Of a DNA stretch of 50,627 bases, positions 23,996-37,996 are shown one piece after another. Position numbers and translations under genes: made by a program. The notes beneath the pieces are model-generated. The model searched no databases. It was not told the DNA's origin and saw only the letters and a program-made list of their open reading frames with translations. The stretch comes from an uncultured Bdellovibrionales bacterium (lineage in GTDB: Bacteria; Myxococcota; XYA12-FULL-58-9; CAYHNK01), in NCBI GenBank assembly GCA_964357695.1, contig CAYHNK010000002.1, forward strand, positions 1-50,627, given 5' to 3'. Numbering within the stretch: position 1 is the first letter of the stretch; each line of letters starts with the position of its first letter.

Positions 23996-25390
23996 CTAGC
24001 GCGTGTCGACAAACGCGCTGCGCGGCGTGGAGAGCACCTCGGCGTTGTCGTGCACCGAGATGCCGAGCAGCTCGACGTCTTGTTTCGCGTAGGCCATGCC
24101 GCGTCCCACCCAGTCCTCCCAGGTGAAGATCAGCATCGGATTCTTCGTAAGGGCCTCGCGACTCGCCGAATCGGTGGCGGCGCTGGCGATGGTGCTCAGG
24201 CCGATGCCCAGCGACATGCGCCCGGTGGCGCTCTGCACGTAAAAATCGAACGACGGGTTGGTGATGCGCTGAAACCCGGACTTGTAGGTGTAGGCGCCGG
24301 CTGTGACCGACGTGGCCGTGGCACCGGCGAAGATCGTCCCTTTGAAGCCCAGCGAAGCGCCGATGGGCACGTCGAGCTCGAGGGCCGCACCCACGGTCAC
24401 CATGTTCAGCGTGATGTTCTGGTCGTTCTGGTTGCCCATCATGATAAAGCCCTGCCCCTGCGGCACCACCAAAAGGCTCCAGCCGGGGGCAAGAACGTAG
24501 CCCTCGGGACTGCGGTGCACGCCGAGGTAGCCGAGCTCCAACGCGACCTGGAAGGTGAGGCCCACGAACGTCGGTTGTGACGTGTCGATGGTTTGTCCTG
24601 CCACCGTGGTGCTCGACGTCGTCCCCGGCATGATCGCGATGCCCGCGCCCGAGCGCTGGCCAACACCGTAGCGCAGGTTGGCGCTGCGGTTGGCATAGGA
24701 CGCCATCATCATCTTGGTGTCACCCAGCATGAACGCCGCGACGCCGCTGTTTGCGGTCTCGCGATTGCCCCACAGGATGCGGCCGGTGGCCTGCGCGCCG
24801 TCGCTCGAGGGCCGCGTGTCGGTGACCGGTCCGAGGTCGACTGCCCCGGCGTCGAGCGTCGAGTCCTCGGCGGACGTCGCACCGGGTTGCGACAAGAACG
24901 CCAGGGCCTCCGGGTGGTAGAAGAGTTGGTCACACAAGTCGTCGACGAGCTGCGCATAGCCATCCGCCACGCGGCCGAGGTTTCCGTGCATGATGTTGAC
25001 GGAGTGCTCGAGCCGCACGGTCTTTTCGCCCGCGTCGCCAACGAGCCGGAAGTCTGCGCCGAGCCCCAGGATCACGGACATGCGGCCGGCGCGCTGCGCG
25101 ACCTGCACCTTGCTGACCTCGAGCGTGATCGGGCGCGCCCCCTCGCTGCCGAGGCGACGCAGCAGCGCATTGCCGAGCGCTTGATGTGGCGCCACATCGA
25201 ACGCGCTGGCATCGCCTTGCGCCACATCCACGACGTCGAGCCGTACTTCTTGCCAACCGCCCGGCGCCGCTTTGTCCGAGGTCGGCCCGAGGGGATAGCC
25301 TTGGCTCGCGCCGCCACGAGAAGAGGCGCAACTGAGCGCCAGAGAAGAGACGAGCATCACTGCGAGGGTGGGGGAGAAAGTCATGCACAC
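23996..25390 (-). CDS. hypothetical lipoprotein
   Basis: Signal plus lipobox (SSLALSCASS). Gly/Thr/Ser-rich, beta-strand-like C-terminal half. No family recognised. Confidence 0.55.
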   Translation of the reverse strand: MCMTFSPTLAVMLVSSLALSCASSRGGASQGYPLGPTSDKAAPGGWQEVRLDVVDVAQGDASAFDVAPHQALGNALLRRLGSEGARPITLEVSKVQVAQRAGRMSVILGLGADFRLVGDAGEKTVRLEHSVNIMHGNLGRVADGYAQLVDDLCDQLFYHPEALAFLSQPGATSAEDSTLDAGAVDLGPVTDTRPSSDGAQATGRILWGNRETANSGVAAFMLGDTKMMMASYANRSANLRYGVGQRSGAGIAIMPGTTSSTTVAGQTIDTSQPTFVGLTFQVALELGYLGVHRSPEGYVLAPGWSLLVVPQGQGFIMMGNQNDQNITLNMVTVGAALELDVPIGASLGFKGTIFAGATATSVTAGAYTYKSGFQRITNPSFDFYVQSATGRMSLGIGLSTIASAATDSASREALTKNPMLIFTWEDWVGRGMAYAKQDVELLGISVHDNAEVLSTPRSAFVDTR

Positions 25391-25501
25391 ACCGCTTTTC
25401 TGGACCGTCGGTCGAAGCGATGTCGGGTCCGAGAGTGAGGCTAGCGCACTGCGAACGACAACAGCGTTCCAACGCAGGTTCCGTAGAGCGTAGCTCCCTC
25501 G

Positions 25502-28309
25502 CTATGCGTGCGCCGTTGACCTGCGCCGCCACGCACCCATCGCCACGATCAACACCGTCAACCACGCGAGCGCGTCGCTGCCCGTCGACGTGCACCCACA
25601 CCCTCCCCGCTCCGGGGCCGCAACGCCGCGTGGCGTCGACGGGAGGTGCGTCGGATCGTTCGTTCGCTGCGGCACGATACGGAAACTCAGCGACACCGTC
25701 GTGCTCTTCGGCGGCGTGCCTGCATCCGTGGCCAGAATCGGCGTGCGGATGATGTCGCCAACACGCAGACCCTGCGCCGTGGCCGCGTACGTCACCGACG
25801 TACCGGTGAGACTGGCGTTCGCGACGGTGTCGATCAAGGCCAGGGTCACGGCCGTGCCCTCCGGATCGCTGACATTGAGCTGTACCGTACGCGAGGCACC
25901 TAGCTCGACGTCGAAGTCGCCGCCGCCCGAGACACGCGGCGGCAGGTTGTCGACATAGCGCAGCACGCGGAAGTTGCCGGCGTCGCTGACGAGCACAACG
26001 TTGCCCGCGGCATTGACGGCCACGTTCGTGGGGCCGCTCATCGAGCGGGCGCTGATCGTCATATCAGATGAAGCACCAAACGTGTTGAAGCCGGGCTGTC
26101 CCAGCACCGTCGTGGCAATCGGCATGCTGTACGGCCCCTGAGGCGTCGTCGGATCGGCAAAGCCAAGCACGCGGTTCGCGCCGGCATCGCTGGCCCACAA
26201 GGTGCCATCGTCGTCCAAAGCGATGTCGGAGACCCAGTTGCCGGTCACCCCGGTGTACGAGAAGCCATACTGGTAGCCGCTTGCCCCGAATCCCCCCCAT
26301 GCGCTGCTCGAAACAAAGTCTGGCTGCCCGACGACACCGTCGGCGGTGGTACCCTCAGCCGCCGTGAAGGTCAGGCTGTCCACGGGATCGTCAAACCAGA
26401 GCACGCGATTGTTCTGACCATCAGCGATCCACAGCCGGCTGTTGTCTGCCGCCACCGCGAGACCCGTGACCGTGCACAAAGTATCGGGACCGACGCCGCC
26501 GTAGTTGCAAGTGTTGGTCTCGCTTGTCGGCTGACCAAAGACCCACGTTGAGTAGCTCCCCGTCCACTCGATGGGGTTGGGCACATCGCCACTCGTCGCC
26601 AGCGCGAAGGCGAGCACGCGATGCCCGTCCGCAACGAACAGATGGGTGCTGCTCACGGCAAGGGCTGTGGGGCCAGCGGTAAAGGCCGTGCCGCTGGAAG
26701 TGATACCGGTGGCACCATAGGCGCGCGTGGCCGTGTAGGTGCCAACGTCGATGCTCTCATAGGACAGCACGCGGTTGTTGCCCGTGTCGGCGACAAACAC
26801 GGCATCGCCCGAAGGCGAGACGGCGACACGCGTGGGCGAGCTGAGACCACCGGCGACCGGCGTCACGCTGTTGCCATTGACGAGGTAAGGAGGAGGATCT
26901 CCAGCCATCAACTGGCCCAACATGAAGTCGGGATCATCGCCATGGCTCAGCGCTAGAACGTTGTCATAGCCGAGCACGCGGTGCGTTGTGGAATCGACCA
27001 CGAACGCTGCGACGCTGGTGCCCACATCAACGAGGGCCACGCCTCGTGGCGACGCGAGCGAGCCAAGCTCCAAACGATTGGGGTAACGGCCCACAAAGCT
27101 CGCCTGCCCCAACACGGCGTCGGCAATGACGGTGTCCGCGCCCACCGCACCGGTGGCGCTGTCAAAGCGCAGCGCACGGTGGTTGCTATTGTCGGCCACC
27201 CACAGGGAGTTCTGCGAGAAGGCCATATCCGCGGGCCCGTAGAAGCCGTTCGCGCCACAACGAGAGCTGCCCACCGCATAGGCATCACCCCGGTTGGCCG
27301 CGAAGGCGTCGGCTGCCGCTTGGCCAAAGACGGCGTCGTGGGCGGCGTCGCCAGCGAGGGTGGGGACGACCGTGGGCGTACCCGGAAAAACCTGAAGGAA
27401 CAGCGTCGACAACCAGCTCGCCGGGGCGTCGAAGCGGACGATGCGATGTCGCGACGGCTCGACCACAAACAGCTTGCCGCTTTGCACCGCGATGCGCGCG
27501 TCGCTCGTTGTTGCACTGTAGGCGCTGTAGCCCTCCGCCGGGGCAATGACGAACCCGGAGTCGGCGTCGGTCTTGTGGGCCCGCACCACTCCGTCGCCAC
27601 AGGCGACCAGCAATGCGCCCGTCACTTCAGCGACGTCGCGGAAATCGCCACATGTCGCGGTCGAAGGCACCGACGCGGTCCGCAGCGGGTCAGCGCTGCC
27701 GCGCAGATAGAAAACAATGCTGGTGGAGCCCACCACGGCGATTCGGTCCGTACCGTTCGACAATGGGCGCACGGTACGAATATCGGCCGGCACGCCCGCG
27801 AGCTCGTAGTCGGCAACGCCGTCGTGCGTGAACGGGTCGTCATAGACGAGCACGTGATTGCTGCTCGTCACGACATACAGACGATCCTCGGGGTCCACAG
27901 CGATGAACGTGGGCGTCACCTGCTGGTTGATCGGCGTTGTCGGGATGTTGCGAAAGTCCGTCGTATGAAAATCTGCTTGGTTGAGCACCAGGTCTGCGCC
28001 GATACCATCGGCGACCGTCGCCGCGGCCGCAAAGCCGAGCACGCGATTGTTGCCGGCGTCGGCGACCCACAGATTGCCGCCCGTGGTGAGCGCCACGCTC
28101 ACCGGATTCGACAGGCTGCCGGCGTCGGTGCGCGCCGCCATGCGCCCACGCGCGGTGAGCTGTCCGACGATGCCATCGGCCGAGGCGCCGACGGGCAGGA
28201 GGGCGGAGCGTTCGGTGCCACTGCGGTGGAACGCTGCGCCCGTGGGTGATTCACCGCACGCGGCAAGGGCGAGCGCGAGCAGGCTGAGGGCAGGAGTGTA
28301 GGCGCGCAT
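25502..28309 (-). CDS. NHL-repeat beta-propeller lipoprotein with MYXO-CTERM sorting tail
   Basis: Lipobox LALALAAC. At least 7 NHL-like motifs (D.GNNRVLGF / NHRALRF / THRVLGY ...). C-terminal GGCGCTSTGSDALAWLTVLIVAMGAWRRR. The start ATG shares one nt with the upstream stop (TGATG). Confidence 0.8.
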   Translation of the reverse strand: MRAYTPALSLLALALAACGESPTGAAFHRSGTERSALLPVGASADGIVGQLTARGRMAARTDAGSLSNPVSVALTTGGNLWVADAGNNRVLGFAAAATVADGIGADLVLNQADFHTTDFRNIPTTPINQQVTPTFIAVDPEDRLYVVTSSNHVLVYDDPFTHDGVADYELAGVPADIRTVRPLSNGTDRIAVVGSTSIVFYLRGSADPLRTASVPSTATCGDFRDVAEVTGALLVACGDGVVRAHKTDADSGFVIAPAEGYSAYSATTSDARIAVQSGKLFVVEPSRHRIVRFDAPASWLSTLFLQVFPGTPTVVPTLAGDAAHDAVFGQAAADAFAANRGDAYAVGSSRCGANGFYGPADMAFSQNSLWVADNSNHRALRFDSATGAVGADTVIADAVLGQASFVGRYPNRLELGSLASPRGVALVDVGTSVAAFVVDSTTHRVLGYDNVLALSHGDDPDFMLGQLMAGDPPPYLVNGNSVTPVAGGLSSPTRVAVSPSGDAVFVADTGNNRVLSYESIDVGTYTATRAYGATGITSSGTAFTAGPTALAVSSTHLFVADGHRVLAFALATSGDVPNPIEWTGSYSTWVFGQPTSETNTCNYGGVGPDTLCTVTGLAVAADNSRLWIADGQNNRVLWFDDPVDSLTFTAAEGTTADGVVGQPDFVSSSAWGGFGASGYQYGFSYTGVTGNWVSDIALDDDGTLWASDAGANRVLGFADPTTPQGPYSMPIATTVLGQPGFNTFGASSDMTISARSMSGPTNVAVNAAGNVVLVSDAGNFRVLRYVDNLPPRVSGGGDFDVELGASRTVQLNVSDPEGTAVTLALIDTVANASLTGTSVTYAATAQGLRVGDIIRTPILATDAGTPPKSTTVSLSFRIVPQRTNDPTHLPSTPRGVAAPERGGCGCTSTGSDALAWLTVLIVAMGAWRRRSTAHA

Positions 28310-30096
28310 CAGGTGCCCTCCCCGTTGTCGAAGATGCTTTCGCACTGAGGATCTCCCGTCAGATAGGCAGGATTGGGCGCGCCCCCCACGAGGAATTCCG
28401 GCTGAAAGTCGATGAGCAGGTCGCCATCGTTGTCGATGCCATCGTCGCACTGCGCCGGATCGGCCTCGTTGCGGTCACGCTGGCCGGCAAGCGCGTCGGC
28501 GTTGGCGCACCCAGCGTCAGCGGGGACATCCACGGCCCCATCCCCGGTGGTGTCGACTCCACCCCAGTCAGCGGTACCGTCGCCGTCGTTGTCGAGGCCG
28601 TCCGAGCACTGCGGCTTGGGCGACTCCGAATAGTGCCACGCGTCCGGGCAGCCCGGATCGGGCGGCAGCTCGCCAGCGAGATCGAACGCACCATCGTGGT
28701 TGAGGTCGACGCCCGCATAGTCGGCGCGGCCATCACCGTCATTGTCGCGCCCGTCGTCACACGCCGGATCGAGACGCTCCCACACATAGCCGGCATCGCA
28801 GGCGGGGTCGCCGTCGTTGCGGGTCCCCAGCGTCGTATCGAAGAATCCGTCGTCGTCGTTGTCGATGCCGTCGGCACAGTCGCCGAGCCCTGCTGACTCG
28901 GTCGTGTCGGTGCGACCGGTGCACTGCGGATCGGTGGGGTAGTCGGCGAGCCCATCGCCGTCGTTGTCGATGCCGTCAGAACAGGCGGCCGTGCCCTGCT
29001 CGCTCGATCCACTCACGTTGATGCACTGCGGGTCGTTTGGAAAGTCCGTCAAGCCATCGCCATCGTTGTCGATGCCGTCGGCGCACTCGGAATCAACCTC
29101 GGCGACATCCTCGGGTGACTCGCAGCCGAGATCGTTCGGATAGTCGGTAAGGCCATCACCGTCGTTGTCGAGACCGTCGGAGCAGGCGGGCTCGGTCTCG
29201 GAGTTGTCGCGCAAGCTCGTGCAACCGGCATCGTTGTTAGCCCCCGCACCGAAGTCCACCTTGCCGTCGCCATCGTTGTCGGCGCCATCGGCGCACTGCG
29301 GATTTGACTCATCGTCGTCGACGACGCTCGCGCAACCGATGTCCGCGGGGAAGTCCGTTTGGCCGTCGCGATCGTTGTCGACGCGGTCATGGCAGGCGTA
29401 GGCCGCTTCGCGATCTTGCAGTCCGCTCAGGCAGTCCGGGTCCGAGGGGAAATCCTTGCGCCCGTCGCCGTCGTTATCGACACCGTCAGAGCACTGCGGA
29501 TTGCGCTCGGACGCGTCGTAAGAGCTCTCGCAGCCGACGTCGTTCGGGTAGTCGGACTTGCCATCGCCATCGTTGTCGTAGCCGTCAGCACACGCGGGGT
29601 CGGCTGCCTCCGAAGTTCGGTACGCATCGTAATCACCGAGCTCATCGCGACACGCCGGGTCCTGCGCGTCGACGAGGTGGTCGCCATCGTTGTCCTCGCC
29701 GTCGGCGCACTCGCCGTTCTCCTCGTGCTCGCCAAAGCGATCGGCACAGCCGAGGTCGTCGGGCCAGTCGACAAAGCCATCGTCGTCGTTGTCCTTGCGA
29801 TCGAAGCAATCGGGATCGTCCGACTCGCCGACACCGGCGCCGTTGGCGTCAGTCTGGCAGGCGGGGTTGGTGGTTTCGAGCCCCACGCCGCTCTGGGTGC
29901 AATTGGCCAGCTCGGCGTTGTAGCGGGGGCTGTCCCAGGCGATGGCACAAGCGGGGTCGTCCCTGTCGACGTAGCCGTCCCCGTCGTTGTCGACGCGGTC
30001 AGTGCATTGATTGCGCAAGCCGGAGCAGCTCGAAGCCGCCGCCATCGCCACCGCGACGCTGAGGCCACCGAGGGCCACCCAAGTTCGGATCTGCAT
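28309..30096 (-). CDS. lipoprotein with 14 MopE-like putative metal/Ca-binding repeats
   Basis: Signal plus AASSC. 14 copies of C.DG.DNDGDG..D....C-type modules counted in the translation. Confidence 0.75.
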   Translation of the reverse strand: MQIRTWVALGGLSVAVAMAAASSCSGLRNQCTDRVDNDGDGYVDRDDPACAIAWDSPRYNAELANCTQSGVGLETTNPACQTDANGAGVGESDDPDCFDRKDNDDDGFVDWPDDLGCADRFGEHEENGECADGEDNDGDHLVDAQDPACRDELGDYDAYRTSEAADPACADGYDNDGDGKSDYPNDVGCESSYDASERNPQCSDGVDNDGDGRKDFPSDPDCLSGLQDREAAYACHDRVDNDRDGQTDFPADIGCASVVDDDESNPQCADGADNDGDGKVDFGAGANNDAGCTSLRDNSETEPACSDGLDNDGDGLTDYPNDLGCESPEDVAEVDSECADGIDNDGDGLTDFPNDPQCINVSGSSEQGTAACSDGIDNDGDGLADYPTDPQCTGRTDTTESAGLGDCADGIDNDDDGFFDTTLGTRNDGDPACDAGYVWERLDPACDDGRDNDGDGRADYAGVDLNHDGAFDLAGELPPDPGCPDAWHYSESPKPQCSDGLDNDGDGTADWGGVDTTGDGAVDVPADAGCANADALAGQRDRNEADPAQCDDGIDNDGDLLIDFQPEFLVGGAPNPAYLTGDPQCESIFDNGEGT

Positions 30097-30108
30097 GTGA
30101 AGCCTCGT

Positions 30109-30729
30109 CTACAAGTAGATGTGAAAGCCGAAAGTCCCGGACGATATGACGCTCAGGCCGCCCGGAACGGTACCGACGATGAGCGCCGAGCCGCCCTGGT
30201 AGGTGTAGGCCGCCTGCAGACCGTAGCCGCCTTGGAGGCTGATGTTCGGAAAGCCGAACGCGCCGAGAAAGAGCTCGGCGCCAACGAACGCATTGCCGTT
30301 GACATCGTAACGCCCCTTGGTCGAGGGCGTGCCGAGGGTGTCGAGATAGCGAAAGCCCACGCCCGCGCGCCAGAAGACCACCGAGTAGTGGTAGTGGGCG
30401 AGCGCTTTGACATAACCGAGCTCAAAGCCATAGCGATAGGCGTCGACGCCGCCGCTCGAGAACGCCCCATCGAGCCCCAAGTCGTACGCCGTGTCGCGAT
30501 CGGTCCAGTAACGCAGGCCGAGTGGCGCGGAGCTCGTGAAATAGCCGATGCCGTAGTGGCCGACGACGCCATCGATGGGACTGCGATCGCCCTCGGCCGC
30601 CGCGCCCGCCTCGCCGCTGGCGCCGTCCATCGCCACGGGCGTCGCTCGGATCTCTTCGGCACGGGCCGCGGACCCCAGGCCCAGCATCACCACCAACCAC
30701 GTCATACCTGCTCGTCGTCTGGTCATCAT
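30109..30729 (-). CDS. small outer-membrane beta-barrel protein (predicted)
   Basis: Signal peptide (MTWLVVMLGLGSAARA), alternating Gly/aromatic strands, and a C-terminal aromatic-rich FGFHIYL. Start taken at ATGATG after GAGGG. Confidence 0.6.
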   Translation of the reverse strand: MMTRRRAGMTWLVVMLGLGSAARAEEIRATPVAMDGASGEAGAAAEGDRSPIDGVVGHYGIGYFTSSAPLGLRYWTDRDTAYDLGLDGAFSSGGVDAYRYGFELGYVKALAHYHYSVVFWRAGVGFRYLDTLGTPSTKGRYDVNGNAFVGAELFLGAFGFPNISLQGGYGLQAAYTYQGGSALIVGTVPGGLSVISSGTFGFHIYL

Positions 30730-30749
30730 TCCCTCGTTGCCGCGTGGGC

Positions 30750-31973
30750 TCAACGCAAAGTCTCACAGCCCACGGGAGTTGAACGCAACACATCACAGCG
30801 TGGCCGGCCGCCACGGCCGTTCTGCTTGCGCACGCTGATTTCCTCGATCACGCAGCCGCTCCCGGCGCCGCGGCCCAACCGTGCGGCAACAAACGCATGC
30901 AGCGCCTGTCCGCCTTCGCTCGGCTTCCAGCCGCCCAAGACAGCGACCTTGCGTACGGTGCGCCCGCGGAAAGTCTTCGTGTACAGCTTGCCCACGAGCC
31001 GGCGCAACTTCGACGGACCGAGGTCCGCGGGAAACGCAAGGGTGCCACTCGCGTCGGCCGGCGTCTCGCTGGTCGCCTGCGCACTGCCTGTGGGAGCTTC
31101 CTCGGCATCCGCCGCCGCGTCTGCGGGCGCGTCACCTTCGTCATCGGCATCGTCATCACTCGTATCGTCGGCAGCATCGGGGTTGCCTGCAGCAGCCGCG
31201 TCACTCGGTTTCGGGGCGTTCTCACACAGCGCCTGAAAGTATGGCAGTGGCCTGCGCCCGACGGGGGGCACGGTCACCTCGAGCGCCATGGCGGTCTCAC
31301 CGCCGGTCGTGAGCTTCTTATAGGCGGCGTCGCAGGCCTCGGTGTCGAGGTTGGCGTACAGCCCGGTGCTACCATCGAAGCGTGCCTCGACAAAGGCGCC
31401 GCGCAACTGTCGCAGGGCGCCAGCGAAATGCTGCAACAGGAATGCGCGCTCGATGGCACCCTCAAGAACGGGTTGCCAGTGCGGTGCGAGCGCGGCGAAC
31501 GCCTCGTCGGTATCGAGCTGGTCGTTGAGATTGAGGAGCTCGGCCGGGTCGTCGTGATCGAGATCGACGACCCGCCGCACGGCGAGCACCGCGGCGGCAT
31601 GAAAGCGCCGCTCGGCAGCGGGTGCGTTGGCGACGAGCGCCGGCAGCGCGGCAGCCGTGACGGCGGGGAAGACCTCTTCGCTCCGCGGGGCCGCTATAGG
31701 CCGCTGCGCGGTCGCCGTCCCGGGTCGCAGCGTGCGCTCCCACAGCAGCGTCACGGGAGGGAAGCCTCGCGGCCGCGAGGGCTCAGACGGCCGCGTCGGT
31801 TGCGGCAGCGTGCTCACCATGGCGACGTTCTGACGCAAATCGCCGACACTCGCGGCGCACGTGCCAAGCATCAGGGCCCACACTGCGAGCGGGCCGACGG
31901 CGATGGTTCGGGGTCGCACGGACGGCACTCTGCCGGATCGGACGCCCATACTCAAGCGGACGCGACGACGCAT
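30750..31973 (-). CDS. hypothetical secreted protein with acidic low-complexity segment
   Basis: Starts at ATG 31973 (alternative 31949), because the ORF-track extension would overlap the atp promoter region. TM/signal VGPLAVWALMLGTCAA. D/A-rich tract. Confidence 0.5.
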   Translation of the reverse strand: MRRRVRLSMGVRSGRVPSVRPRTIAVGPLAVWALMLGTCAASVGDLRQNVAMVSTLPQPTRPSEPSRPRGFPPVTLLWERTLRPGTATAQRPIAAPRSEEVFPAVTAAALPALVANAPAAERRFHAAAVLAVRRVVDLDHDDPAELLNLNDQLDTDEAFAALAPHWQPVLEGAIERAFLLQHFAGALRQLRGAFVEARFDGSTGLYANLDTEACDAAYKKLTTGGETAMALEVTVPPVGRRPLPYFQALCENAPKPSDAAAAGNPDAADDTSDDDADDEGDAPADAAADAEEAPTGSAQATSETPADASGTLAFPADLGPSKLRRLVGKLYTKTFRGRTVRKVAVLGGWKPSEGGQALHAFVAARLGRGAGSGCVIEEISVRKQNGRGGRPRCDVLRSTPVGCETLR

Positions 31974-32048
31974 TCTCGCGCTTGACGTGGCCCCGGTGCG
32001 CACGCTACATACGGCGCCCCCGAGACTATCCGCCGCGGGCACGAGACC

Positions 32049-33068
32049 ATGGACGTCGATCTTACTATCATCATCCAGCTCACGCTCTTTGTCGTTCTTG
32101 TGACGGTGCTCAATCGCTTTGTGTTCCGGCATTTTCTGCGCGTCATGGATCAACGGCACGAGAAAACCCAAACGGCCCTCGACGAGGCCGACAGGCTCGA
32201 GCGCGAAACGGTGGCCGATCAAGACGCCTACCAGACGCGCATGCGCGAAGCCCAGGCGGCAGCGCAACGTGAGCGCGAAGCGCTGCGTGGCAAGGGACGC
32301 GATGAACAACGGCGTCTCGTCAACGAGGCCCGTACGAGCGCCACCGAGGCTCTCGGACGCGCCCGCGACGAGCTCGAGCAAGCTGAGCAGCAGGCCGAGA
32401 GTGCCCTCGGCAAGAGCGCCGCCGAGCTGGCTGAGCTACTCGTGCGCAAGGTCGTCGGCCCGACCCTACTGCTCGCTATCACTCTCGTAGGCTCGAGCTC
32501 CCTCGCCGCTGGCGGCGAGCATGGCGGCCACGGCGCACTGCACGTCAACTGGTGGGCCTGGAGCATGGATGCACCGCCTGTCGGCTGGTTTCTGCTCGAT
32601 TTCGTTCTCTTCGTGTGGGTGATCGTCCACTACACGCGCCGCCCCATCGTCAAGGCTTTTGCCGAGCGGCACGAGCGCATCAAACGCATCATCGGACAGG
32701 CCCAGGAGCGCTTTGGGCGTGCCCGCGCCACCTTCGACGAATATCGCGGCAAGCTGGCGCACGTCGAAGACGAGATGGCCGGTCTGGTCGAGCGTGGCCG
32801 CGAGAACGGCGAGGCCGAGCGCCGGCAGATCGTTGCCGCTGGCGCCGAGTTCGCCGAGCGCTTGCGCCACGACGCCGAGACCGTCGCGGGACAAGAGATT
32901 GAGCGCGCGCAGGCACGGCTGCGCATCCAGACCGCACGCCAAGCCCTCATCCTCGCCGAGCAAAAGCTTCGCGGCGTGTTGTCACCAGACGAACAGCAGC
33001 GCCTCATCGAGCAGGCAATTGTCGAGCTCGAGAGCGACGTGTCGTCTTCGATGGGGGCCCGGCCATGA
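32049..33068 (+). CDS. atpF: F-type ATP synthase subunit b'/b, two b-type modules in one uninterrupted frame
   Basis: Residues 1-131 form a complete b-type module (TM plus coiled coil). Residues 132-339 form a second one with a signal-like leader (RKVVGPTLLLAITLVGSSSLAAGGEHGGHG). There is no stop between them. An in-frame GTG lies at 32442. Confidence 0.8.
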   Translation: MDVDLTIIIQLTLFVVLVTVLNRFVFRHFLRVMDQRHEKTQTALDEADRLERETVADQDAYQTRMREAQAAAQREREALRGKGRDEQRRLVNEARTSATEALGRARDELEQAEQQAESALGKSAAELAELLVRKVVGPTLLLAITLVGSSSLAAGGEHGGHGALHVNWWAWSMDAPPVGWFLLDFVLFVWVIVHYTRRPIVKAFAERHERIKRIIGQAQERFGRARATFDEYRGKLAHVEDEMAGLVERGRENGEAERRQIVAAGAEFAERLRHDAETVAGQEIERAQARLRIQTARQALILAEQKLRGVLSPDEQQRLIEQAIVELESDVSSSMGARP

Positions 33069-33613
33069 GCGCGGTCGCTCGTCGTTACGCCCGCGCGGCG
33101 GTCGAAGCGGCCGAGGCGCAAGGTGGCACGGCTGCGGTGCAAGAGCTGGCACGCGACTTTGCGGCCTTCTGCGAGGCATTTGTCGCGAGCTCGGAGCTGC
33201 GCGAGCTGCTCGTCAATCCGGCCTTCAAAATCGAGCGCCAGAAGGTGCTCGGCGGTGTGCTCGCTAAGGTGGTGCCCTCGGTGTCGGCGTCGCGGCTCGT
33301 GACACTGCTCGCCGAGGCGGATCGCATCGCCGTGCTCGATGAGGTGCGTGTGGCCATCGCCGAGCTTGCTGATCGTGCCAGCGGCCGTGCGCGCGCCATC
33401 GTCACGAGTGCCGTGGCGCTCACCAAGGCCCATGAGGAGCGCATTGCCAAGGCTCTCGGCACGCGCCTCGGGCGCACGGTCGAGCTCAGCGTGCGCGTCG
33501 ACCCCGAGATCCTCGGCGGGCTCGTGTGCCAAGTCGGTGATTTGACGTTTGACAGCAGCCTCCGACGCCAGCTCGCGGTGATGCGCGAGCGGCTCGAAGG
33601 CAGAGGCCCCTAG
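33065..33613 (+). CDS. atpH: F-type ATP synthase subunit delta (OSCP)
   Basis: 182 aa. The ARRYARA start and the C-terminal GG..V.VGD...D.S....L pattern fit OSCP. ATGA overlap with atpF. Confidence 0.85.
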   Translation: MSAVARRYARAAVEAAEAQGGTAAVQELARDFAAFCEAFVASSELRELLVNPAFKIERQKVLGGVLAKVVPSVSASRLVTLLAEADRIAVLDEVRVAIAELADRASGRARAIVTSAVALTKAHEERIAKALGTRLGRTVELSVRVDPEILGGLVCQVGDLTFDSSLRRQLAVMRERLEGRGP

Positions 33614-33637
33614 ATTTTCTTGCTTTGAGGTAGGTGA

Positions 33638-37574
<3,937 letters not shown>

Positions 37575-37583
37575 AGACACGTC

Positions 37584-37985
37584 ATGGCGAAGCTCACAGT
37601 TTCTCTCGTCACCCCGGGCCGCCAAGTGGCGCGCGCCGAGGTCGACATGGTGATGGCGCCGTCGGTCATGGGCGAGGTCGGCATCCTGCCCGAGCACCGG
37701 GCGCTGTTGGCCGATCTGGGGCCCGGGCCGGTGGTGCTCAAAACAGGTGACAAGCTCGAACGCTACGCCGTCAGCGACGGCTACATCGAGGTCGATCGCA
37801 ATCGCGTCACGGTGTTGGCTGAAACCGCCGAGCACAGCTCGGAGATCGATGTCGAGCGCTCGCGCGCGGCTCTGCGCGACGCGGAGGCGAAGGTCAAGAG
37901 GCTCGACCCCCTCTCGCCCGAGTACGCCGAAGAGCAGGCACGCATCAAACGCGCCGAAGTGCGGCTTGGCGTCGCGGCGGGTTGA
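37584..37985 (+). CDS. atpC: F-type ATP synthase subunit epsilon
   Basis: 133 aa. L.V.LVTP......A.V..V..P...GE.GILP.H pattern. Confidence 0.9.
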   Translation: MAKLTVSLVTPGRQVARAEVDMVMAPSVMGEVGILPEHRALLADLGPGPVVLKTGDKLERYAVSDGYIEVDRNRVTVLAETAEHSSEIDVERSRAALRDAEAKVKRLDPLSPEYAEEQARIKRAEVRLGVAAG

Positions 37986-37996
37986 CCGCGTACGAA

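Noticed and set aside
29359-31236. 625-aa plus-strand ORF, and several 200-280-aa ORFs over 28.3-30.1 kb
   Set aside because: They are antisense or out-of-frame readings of the DNDGDG-repeat gene and the OMP gene, with low-complexity Val/Ala/Arg composition. The minus-strand frames have signal peptides and repeat motifs.
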